This document shows, piece after piece, positions 16,758 to 23,811 of a stretch of DNA of 32,000 bases. The position numbers were made by a program, and so were the translations under genes. The notes below the pieces were generated by a model. The model had not been told where the DNA came from. It saw only the letters and a program-made list of their open reading frames with translations, and searched no databases. The DNA comes from Desulfotalea psychrophila LSv54 (GTDB taxonomy: Bacteria; Desulfobacterota; Desulfobulbia; Desulfobulbales; Desulfocapsaceae). How positions within the stretch are numbered: the stretch's first letter is position 1; every line of letters starts with the position of its first letter. Location: contig NC_006138.1 of assembly GCF_000025945.1 (NCBI RefSeq), positions 750,001 to 782,000 on the forward strand, given 5' to 3'.

Positions 16758-16978
16758 GCATAAAAAGCAAATAAAAGTGAATTTGATTTTAGTAGATAAG
16801 TTATGGTCTTTTCTATCCTCAAATTTTCATAGGAAATAAGTCCTTATCTGGAAATATTTTTTTTCCCGGGAAAACTCCTTGTGGTGAGGGTTTATATACG
16901 ATAGAAGAACAGCAATAATTACAATTGATATGTTTTGTCTGAATATCGTAACTATACTTTTTAACTATAAAAACAGGG

Positions 16979-17890
16979 ATGACAGATATGCACACTATGA
17001 AAAAATGGCTGAAAATATCCATAGAGGCCAACCCTCTTATGGTGGAGGTCGTGAGTGATTATCTGGTGGGTATTCATGGCGCAGGTGTTGATCTTGCCGC
17101 AGATAAGGATGAAAATCCTGCGGGGCAAATTGTTGCCTTTATTGAGCAGGCAGAGCTGAGTACAGCAGATGCTGAAAAATGTGCAACGCAGATAAGTGTA
17201 TTCCTGGCAGAGATGGCTGCTGTTTTTAATGTGGCCAGTCCAAGCCTGGTTTGGGAATTTCTTGAGGAAGAGGATTGGAGTAAGAACTGGAAGGAACATT
17301 TTGTCCCCTTTACCATTGTCCCTGGTTTGATAATTGCCCCCACCTGGGAAAATTATGAGGCCCAAGGTGATGAGTTGGTAATAGAGATGGATCCCGGCAT
17401 GGCTTTTGGCACAGGACATCATGCAACCACAAGCCTTTCCCTCTCCTATTTGCAGGATGTTGTCACTCAGCGTGGTGCAAAAACTGTACTTGATGTTGGT
17501 TGCGGTACAGGGATTTTGGTGATGGGGGCGGTACTTTTTGGTGCCGAGCGTGGTTTGGGTATTGATAACTGTCCCGATGCTGTGGCGGCTGCCAGTAATA
17601 ATGTTGTCCATAATCATTTAGCTGAAAAAATAGATATTGGCATTACTCCGCTGAGCGAGTTGCGGGAGGAGTATGATCTGGTGGTGGCCAATATTATTCA
17701 TGATGTGCTTGCCTCCATGGTACTTGAGCTCTATAGCCGAGTTAAAAAAGAGGGCCACCTCATTCTCTCGGGCCTGCTTGCCGACCAACAGGTGGATTCC
17801 ATTATAGAGATCTTTGCCAGAGAGGGTTTTGTTTTGCTTGAAAAGGGGATTGAGGGTGAGTGGGGAGCTGTTCTCCTGCAGAAGAGATAG
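16979..17890 (+). CDS. prmA: Ribosomal protein L11 methyltransferase
   Basis: Motifs DPGMAFGTGHHATT and LDVGCGTGIL (SAM-binding). The start could be ATG 16979, 16988 (best RBS spacing) or 16997. Confidence 0.9.
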   Translation: MTDMHTMKKWLKISIEANPLMVEVVSDYLVGIHGAGVDLAADKDENPAGQIVAFIEQAELSTADAEKCATQISVFLAEMAAVFNVASPSLVWEFLEEEDWSKNWKEHFVPFTIVPGLIIAPTWENYEAQGDELVIEMDPGMAFGTGHHATTSLSLSYLQDVVTQRGAKTVLDVGCGTGILVMGAVLFGAERGLGIDNCPDAVAAASNNVVHNHLAEKIDIGITPLSELREEYDLVVANIIHDVLASMVLELYSRVKKEGHLILSGLLADQQVDSIIEIFAREGFVLLEKGIEGEWGAVLLQKR

Positions 17891-17891
17891 A

Positions 17892-18281
17892 CTATCTCTT
17901 TTGGTTGAAAAAAGAGCTTTCTCCTGGTTGTATTGGTGTTACCGTGTAGTTATTGTTAAAGACCATGGCGATACCATCTGCCTCCTGGCGAATAACAACT
18001 CCCGTTGTAATGACCCAAACCCTGGGCCTTTGGCAAAACTCTTTTAGGCTGTTGATAGAGAGGATAAAGCGGAGCTTTTTTAGGTTTTCCATATCAAGGA
18101 GAAACTCTACCTGCAGTTTAGAGGCCAGGGGGAGAGGTTGCAGGGTGCGGAGAAAGGCCCCGCCGTTGCTTATATTGGCGCTGACCGTTTCCACCTGTTC
18201 TGGTTCTTGGTTGTGCCGATAGGTAATCTTAACGGCTGTTTCTAGGGAGAATCGTTTTCCGCTTCGCTGTTCTCTGGGCAT
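17892..18281 (-). CDS. PilZ domain protein (putative c-di-GMP receptor)
   Basis: RSGKR (RxxxR) near the N-terminus and NISNGGAF (D/NxSxxG) about 30 aa later. Confidence 0.7.
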   Translation of the reverse strand: MPREQRSGKRFSLETAVKITYRHNQEPEQVETVSANISNGGAFLRTLQPLPLASKLQVEFLLDMENLKKLRFILSINSLKEFCQRPRVWVITTGVVIRQEADGIAMVFNNNYTVTPIQPGESSFFNQKR

Positions 18282-18430
18282 GGTGTCATTATGGGTGGAA
18301 GATTGTAGATATGTTTAACCTCTGGTAATTATAGCGTAAAAAAAACAACGAGGCTAGAGATAACGACTTGTCCCCTATTTTATTTGAGAATGAGTTTTTC
18401 ACTAGTTTTTAGAGGATAGAGTTATAGCTT

Positions 18431-19169
18431 ATGAGAAGATTTTTTTTCAGTCGGCAACAGGAAGAAGAGGGGCTGGTGGTTCTTTCACCAGAGGAGTCCA
18501 GGCATATCAGTAGGGTTCTCCGGCTTGAGCCCGGTGAGGTGGTTGAACTGCTCGATGGTCGTGGCTCTGTCTTTGGTGGTGAAATTGTTGCGGTTGGAGC
18601 AGAGGTGCAGGTAAGAATTACGGCAGAGCGTCCAACTGTGGTGGGACAAACGGACGGTACGTGTTGCTCAGGGCGTTTTGAAGGGGCAGAAGATGGATTT
18701 GGTCATTCAAAAGTGCACTGAACTCGGCGCCGAGGTGTTTATTCCCTACGATGCTGCCCGTAGTCAGGGCAAGCTCGATGCCAGTCAGGCCCGGAAAAAG
18801 CAGGAACGTTGGCAGCGTATCTCCCTTGAGGCCTGCAAGCAATGTATGCGTCCCCAACCTATGACCGTTGCCTCTCCCGCCAGTTTTGTCGATCTTGTTA
18901 CGGCTGAGTCAGTCGAAGGACCTCGGCTTAAACTTATCTTCTGGGAGGAGGAGAGTGCGACAAATTTATATAACTTGCCGGGGCTTGCCGATGCCTCTGG
19001 GGTGGATATCATTCTTGGCCCGGAGGGAGGGATCTCCCGGGAAGAGATAGAGATTGCTCGCGCTCATGGTTGGCAGACGGTGAGTCTGGGACAGCGCATT
19101 CTTCGGGCAGAAACGGCAGCCATTGTCGCCCTTACACTTGTTCAGTATTTGACGGGAAATTTATCGTGA
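18431..19169 (+). pseudogene. rsmE: 16S rRNA (uracil1498-N3)-methyltransferase RsmE, split by a +1 frame change (pseudogene, sequencing error or recoding)
   Basis: ORF 18431-18721 gives the PUA-like N-terminus (MRRFFF...EESRHISRVLRLEPGEVVELLDGRG). The conserved SPOUT part (VRVAQGVLKGQKMDLVIQKCTELG...ILGPEGGISREE...LRAETA) is in the next frame, which is open from 18615 to 19169. Confidence 0.6.
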
Positions 19170-20224
19170 AAAAAGAGAAGGAAGGGCAAGCAATTGATCC
19201 CGAAACTATGTTGGCTGAGGCTTTACATAGCGTGGCCTTTACCGATCCCTCCTATGGGGATTATCTGGTGGTCGATGTTCGCACTCATGCAGAATTTATC
19301 GAAAATTCCCTGCCAGGTGCGATCAATATTCCTCTCTTTGATGAGATGGAGCGAAGCGTTATTGGTACCCTCTATAAGCAGGTGGGCAGGCAGGAGGCCG
19401 TGCAGGCAGGATTTGAAATTGTCCACCCTAAGCTCTCCGCGATTGTCGAGAGCTTTGAACCTTATCGACAGAGAAAATTGCTTATCTCCTGTGCCCGTGG
19501 TGGCATGCGTTCCCGGGCGGTGGTCAATCTTTTAGCAGGGCAGGGGTTTAATATTGCTCAGCTGGAGGGTGGTTATAAGGCCTATCGTCACACTGTTCTG
19601 GACAGGGTGAAGAACTTTGCCCCGGAGATGATTGTCCTGCACGGGATGACTGGGGTGGGAAAGACCCGCATCATCGAAAAGCTCTCCCCTAGTATTGATC
19701 TGGAGTTGATGGCTAATCATCGAAGTTCTCTCTTTGGTGCCCTGGACCGAGAGGCGAGCAATCAAAAAGGTTTTGAGGCGGCGTTTTATCAAAAAATAGA
19801 GGAAGGTGGGCAGGAACCATTTTTTGTGGAAGGAGAGAGCAGGAAGATCGGTCAGGTCTTTATGCCCGATCGTTTTGCTGTGGCCATGAAGCAGGCTAGG
19901 ATGGTATTTGTTACAGCTTCCATGGAGACCCGTGTTCAACGCATTATCGAAGACTATCCCATGGATGATCCTCAGGTGCGTAGCAAGGCCCTGGCTGTAG
20001 TTAAATCCCTGCGTCAACGGTTGGGAGGGAAGATTGTTGACCAGCTTTCCCTTCTTCTGCAGCGTGATGATCTCTCCGAGTTTGTCCATATTCTTCTTAC
20101 TGACTATTACGACGGGCGTTATGGCAACTGTATGCTCGAGTATAACTACGACCTTCGCCTCTCCTCTGAGAATATTGACGATACCGTGGCCGAGTTGGTT
20201 AAGTATCGACAGAGCCTGCTCTAG
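19166..20224 (+). CDS. selU: tRNA 2-selenouridine synthase (rhodanese domain plus P-loop domain)
   Basis: VVDVRTHAEF...INIPL...ERSVIGTLYKQ, rhodanese active site CARGGMRS, and Walker A GMTGVGKT. The proposed GTG start at 19166 overlaps the rsmE stop (GTGA). The track ORF begins at TTG 19070, inside rsmE. Confidence 0.85.
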   Translation: MKKEKEGQAIDPETMLAEALHSVAFTDPSYGDYLVVDVRTHAEFIENSLPGAINIPLFDEMERSVIGTLYKQVGRQEAVQAGFEIVHPKLSAIVESFEPYRQRKLLISCARGGMRSRAVVNLLAGQGFNIAQLEGGYKAYRHTVLDRVKNFAPEMIVLHGMTGVGKTRIIEKLSPSIDLELMANHRSSLFGALDREASNQKGFEAAFYQKIEEGGQEPFFVEGESRKIGQVFMPDRFAVAMKQARMVFVTASMETRVQRIIEDYPMDDPQVRSKALAVVKSLRQRLGGKIVDQLSLLLQRDDLSEFVHILLTDYYDGRYGNCMLEYNYDLRLSSENIDDTVAELVKYRQSLL

Positions 20225-20417
20225 CCTCGCTTGATCCCCTCCTTTGAATAGCTCGTGGCCACGGGTATTTTTTACTTTGTGGCTTTTTAGCGAGGAGAAG
20301 CATTCTCGGTGCGAGGAGGAAGGGCAAACCTAAGCTCAGAGTTGCTTCGGTTACCATATAAAAATATTGTAATCCTATTACGCCAATTATTTTCTTATCC
20401 CCTTAGGGAGGTTCCCA

Positions 20418-21647
20418 GTGTTTCATAGTTTCAGATCTTCTCTCTTGCTTGTTCTCCTGGTAGCAGTGACAGTTTGGCCCTTAACCAGTAGCGCAGAAGG
20501 TGGAGAACCCGGTTGTAAATACAAACAGTGGGTAAGGTTGATAGAGCATGATGGTGAGGAGGTAAGTCTGTCCAGTGCCAGAATAAGAGTAATCGCCGGT
20601 GATGAACTCTTAATTACCATGGCGGATGGTCATCTGCAGCTCGTCCGCCTCCATAATATTCTCTGTCCGCAGCCCGGCCAGGCATTAGACTCAAAAGCCA
20701 GAGAATTTACCCTTAAATACATCGAAAAAAACCGCGCTAGCCTCTATTGGCTGGAAACTGGCAAGAGAGACGATCATCTGGTTGGTCACATTTATTCAGG
20801 GGAGCCGGACTTCTCAGTTCTTGACTCCGACATAGGGAGTATGCTTGGCAACGAGTTGGTTTACTCAGGGCTGGCCTCTGTCGAGTCAGACTCGCCTGGC
20901 GCCTCTTCTGAGTCATTGCTGGTAATGAGGAGAAATGAAGAGCTCCTCTCCTTCCAGGATGCGGCTATCGCCAGCAAAAGAGGACTTTGGTCCGCTACGG
21001 TAAAAAACAAGCCTCAGGTTCTCCTGGTCCGCCAATTCAAATTTTCCGGCAGGGACTATTGGGCAACCTACCTGGAGGACTTTGAGTACACCAGTTGGCA
21101 CCGCAGTTGGCAGCGTGCCAAATTAGAGGCAACCGGGGAAGCACCCCCGACGGACGCCCCGCCAAGTGATCCCACGGCTGTCGGGGAGGTCAAACCTGAT
21201 GAGCAGCTGACCAACTGTGTATTTAATAGAAACCGCTCTGACAACCGGGATAAAGTTCCTTGGAACGGTGCTGTTTGGGAGTGTGGGGAATATTATAACA
21301 ACGGTCGTTGCAAATTCACCAGAAAGTATAAGGGCGGTGATCCCATAGCAAACAAAATGGGTTCTCGGCCAGACGGGGAAAAAGTTCGGATTGAAAGATC
21401 TGATGTGAAGGCTGTGGAGGCCAGGCCTTCTGAGGCTTCAAAGCCTGAGAGAGTATCGAGCGTCCCTTCAGCTAAGACCACAGCTTTCGGGGAGGGCGAG
21501 AAGCTGGCCAACTGTGTATTCAACAGAAACCGCTCTGACAACCGGGAAAAAGTTATCTGGAACGGTGCTGTTTGGACGTGTGGGGAATATTATAACAACG
21601 GTCGTTGCAAATTCACAAAAAAGCTTAGAGACCTGAAACCCCAGTGA
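20418..21647 (+). CDS. Secreted hypothetical protein: signal peptide, degenerate SNase (thermonuclease)-like domain, two copies of a 40-aa three-Cys module
   Basis: GGGAGG RBS 6 nt before GTG 20418. Signal peptide MFHSFRSSLLLVLLVAVTVWPLTSSAEG. SNase-like stretch VIAGDELLITMADGHLQLVRLHNILCPQ...HLVGHIY...ELVYSGLA. C-terminal repeats NCVFNRNRSDNR[DE]KV.WNGAVW.CGEYYNNGRCKFT. Confidence 0.75.
   Translation: MFHSFRSSLLLVLLVAVTVWPLTSSAEGGEPGCKYKQWVRLIEHDGEEVSLSSARIRVIAGDELLITMADGHLQLVRLHNILCPQPGQALDSKAREFTLKYIEKNRASLYWLETGKRDDHLVGHIYSGEPDFSVLDSDIGSMLGNELVYSGLASVESDSPGASSESLLVMRRNEELLSFQDAAIASKRGLWSATVKNKPQVLLVRQFKFSGRDYWATYLEDFEYTSWHRSWQRAKLEATGEAPPTDAPPSDPTAVGEVKPDEQLTNCVFNRNRSDNRDKVPWNGAVWECGEYYNNGRCKFTRKYKGGDPIANKMGSRPDGEKVRIERSDVKAVEARPSEASKPERVSSVPSAKTTAFGEGEKLANCVFNRNRSDNREKVIWNGAVWTCGEYYNNGRCKFTKKLRDLKPQ
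21207..21326 (+). repeat. Intragenic repeat, copy 1 (40 codons)
   Basis: 109 of 120 nt are identical to 21504-21623 by my manual alignment. The offset is 297 nt (99 codons). Confidence 0.9.
21504..21623 (+). repeat. Intragenic repeat, copy 2 (40 codons)
   Basis: See copy 1. Confidence 0.9.
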
Positions 21648-21648
21648 T

Positions 21649-21852
21649 ATGAAGAGCTATGAGCGATGCGTTTTTGCAAGCGAGCTCGCTAAAGACCGTT
21701 ACCGGGAGCTTGTAGACGAGGCCTCTTATCGGATAATGGCCCTGTTCTACAATCATGCGGATATGGAGCTCTGGTTGTCGGCGAGGGGCAGGAGATGCCG
21801 CATCTGGCCCATCTTCTGTTTTTGCGCCACGAGGAGTCCAGCTAAGTGGTAA
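21649..21852 (+). CDS. Small hypothetical protein (67 aa), possibly degraded at its 3' end
   Basis: The ATG is 1 nt after the upstream stop. The first ~44 aa look helical and protein-like (MKSYERCVFASELAKDRYRELVDEASYRIMALFYNHADMELWLS). The tail is R/C/W-rich and looks out of frame. Confidence 0.3.
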   Translation: MKSYERCVFASELAKDRYRELVDEASYRIMALFYNHADMELWLSARGRRCRIWPIFCFCATRSPAKW

Positions 21853-21916
21853 TGGGGCCGGCAATACTGTCGGCATTTTGATGAAAGGCATAATAGCTTG
21901 ACGGGGTCGTTGCCTA

Positions 21917-22414
21917 ATGAACGCTTTTGCTATTTTTCTGACAATATTTTTTGCTGCGCCCGCATTGTGCCTGGAGACCTCCGTCGACGGCGAGCTTTTT
22001 GAGACGAGCCGGCAGGTCGATGTTCTTGATTGTGGCTCATATAAGATTGAAACGGTGCAAGAGATTTGGCCGGAAGAACTTCTCTGGGACCTGATACCCA
22101 AAGGCGCATCCAGCGGCCATTTTGCCGACCTGTCAGTGCTCTCGCATGAAAACTACCTTGTTCTACCTCGAGGGGAGAGGATTAGGATCCCGAATTTTAA
22201 GCGAATCCACCAGGACAGCCCGGGATTGTATCGGGATCGGGTTTATTTTTCGTACCCCCAGGCCTGCGTGGGGAGGAAGGTGATTTTTACCCTGTGGGCC
22301 GGGGGTAACTGCAGTAAATGTGAGGTGTGGATCGAGGCGGTCTTTTCCGAAGAAGGTACACTGATTAACTCGCAGATCATCGACTATCAGGAAGTTGAAG
22401 GGCAATTGCCGTAA
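21917..22414 (+). CDS. Secreted hypothetical protein (165 aa, 4 Cys after the signal peptide)
   Basis: Signal-peptide-like N-terminus MNAFAIFLTIFFAAPALCLE. I recognise no family. Confidence 0.55.
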   Translation: MNAFAIFLTIFFAAPALCLETSVDGELFETSRQVDVLDCGSYKIETVQEIWPEELLWDLIPKGASSGHFADLSVLSHENYLVLPRGERIRIPNFKRIHQDSPGLYRDRVYFSYPQACVGRKVIFTLWAGGNCSKCEVWIEAVFSEEGTLINSQIIDYQEVEGQLP

Positions 22415-22644
22415 TGGAGAAACGAAGCTTGTCACCATCTCCACCTCAACCTAAAGCGGTTCATAAGATGATTTCTTCCGAAAGACTCAGAATCTTTTTC
22501 TTCATGACCGAGGTCGGTTCCAGTTATAAACTCAACAGCCGCCTTTTTGTTAAAAACCCGGATATAGATTATTGCTCTCAATTAGAGTGGTGCAGAACGG
22601 AATATTACATCTTCAAGGCTGGGAAGTTTGTTCCCCTAAGGTAG
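22414..22644 (+). CDS. Small hypothetical protein (76 aa)
   Basis: The ATG overlaps the upstream TAA by 1 nt (TAATG). No recognisable motif. Confidence 0.3.
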   Translation: MEKRSLSPSPPQPKAVHKMISSERLRIFFFMTEVGSSYKLNSRLFVKNPDIDYCSQLEWCRTEYYIFKAGKFVPLR

Positions 22645-22768
22645 GCTTTGTCTATTCACAGGCGGTGGCGTTTAGGCTATGCGGGCGATGTGCTGTGGAT
22701 GTAGGCAGTTCGTCGCCGCAGCTTATCATTACACCTTATCTGGCAAAACATTTAAAATATATGGACCC

Positions 22769-23140
22769 ATGAATACTGATAACATAAAGCAAGAGTTTGT
22801 TGTTCCACCTCTTCAGCCCCTCAGGGTAACGGAAGGCTGGCTAATGTTATATAACAGCGCCTTATATGAGATAGACCCATTGTCTGAAGTTATTTCGGAA
22901 GCCGAGAGATGGTGGCTCTGCAAAGAGGATATGCTGCAAATGCGTCATGATGCCCGAAATAGGATGCTTGACTTGGGGTGGTGTAGAGAGGGTGATCTCG
23001 AAAATGGGAATTATATGTTGGTGCTCCATGAGGGTGATTGTACTGGAAAGCTTCTTTACGAAAAACTAAGCACTAGCAGGCTTGAGATTGTTTCTGAAAT
23101 TGAAAAAATCTTGCTTCTGGTTACCGAGGGAAAGTTGTGA
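22769..23140 (+). CDS. Cytoplasmic hypothetical protein (about 124 aa, acidic, Trp-rich)
   Basis: The track ORF is open from 22679. The compact protein-like part starts at MNTDNIKQEF (ATG 22769). No signal peptide or TM helix. Confidence 0.5.
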   Translation: MNTDNIKQEFVVPPLQPLRVTEGWLMLYNSALYEIDPLSEVISEAERWWLCKEDMLQMRHDARNRMLDLGWCREGDLENGNYMLVLHEGDCTGKLLYEKLSTSRLEIVSEIEKILLLVTEGKL

Positions 23141-23585
23141 AAATGCCGCATAACATCGCAGGTATGCAGCAGTCAAATTTTCCTCTATGTTCATGGTCTC
23201 TCTTATGGGGATTTTGTCCTGGCCGGGAAAAAGCAGAATGCGAGGGGAACATCAGGGAGAGGTGGATCATTCTCTGCAGGTAGGCCTCGGAATTAGCAGA
23301 TATTGCCGTATAGAGGTGCAGCCGACAAGAACAGTGTAGGTGTAGAAAATCCTTGTTACCTTCCCTGTAGCTTGCGCAATGCCCTCCCTTTTAAAGCCTC
23401 TCGATGAGAACCCCGGTAAGAACGACTGAGGCAATTTCCAAAGAGATATAACTAGAATAGGGAGTATCTTTTTTCTGTTGTTAAACGCACTGGGAAAAGG
23501 TTGTTAAAACTGTTGTGACTGTCTTGATTTAGGTATATGTTGTAAGCAGTTACATGCTACTAACTGGTAGCATGTTAAATGATTA

Positions 23586-23724
23586 ATTCTCAGGGCGGGG
23601 TGGAATTCCCCACCGGCGGTGATTCCCTGTGGGGACAGCCCGCGAGCGCCTGTCATTATGGCAGGGTCCAGCTGATCTGGTGAGATTCCAGAGCCGACGG
23701 TTAGAGTCCGGAAGGAAGAGATAA
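23586..23724 (+). promoter_or_regulatory. FMN riboswitch (RFN element)
   Basis: CTCAGGGCGGGGTGGAATTCCCCACCGGCGGTGA...AGCCCGCGAGCGCC...GGTCCAGCTGATCTGGTGAGATTCCAGAGCCGACGGTTAGAGTCCGGAAGGAAGAG matches the conserved RFN core. It lies 88 nt upstream of ribB. Confidence 0.92.
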
Positions 23725-23811
23725 GGCGGTAATCCGTAGTGGTGCTTTCTGTGCCATGTTCTTTAATGCTCCTCCATGCCCTGATTCTGGTAAATAAAAG
23801 GAGAAATTACC

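Larger units (their letters stand above)
16493..16760. repeat. Direct repeat copy B (terminator, tRNA-Glu, tRNA-Lys, promoter)
   Basis: See copy A. Confidence 0.85.

Noticed and set aside
16961-17617. 218-aa minus-strand ORF opposite prmA
   Set aside because: PrmA motifs (GTGHHATT, DVGCGTGIL) define the plus frame. The antisense product is Cys/His/Thr-rich with no domain signature.
19532-20089. 185-aa minus-strand ORF opposite selU
   Set aside because: Antisense shadow; the selU rhodanese and P-loop motifs are in the plus frame.
21625-22101. 158-aa minus-strand ORF overlapping the 67-aa ORF and the start of the 165-aa ORF
   Set aside because: The translation is R/S/P-rich and junk-like. 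The plus-strand ORFs have coupling signals (1-nt spacing, a signal peptide). I cannot fully exclude it without expression data.
23143-23283. 46-aa Cys-rich ORF (MPHNIAGMQQSNFPLCSWSLLWGFCPGREKAECEGNIRERWIILCR) starting 2 nt after the preceding stop
   Set aside because: It has no RBS and a junk-like composition, and it is too short to support without conservation or expression data. It is mentioned only within the finding on this region.
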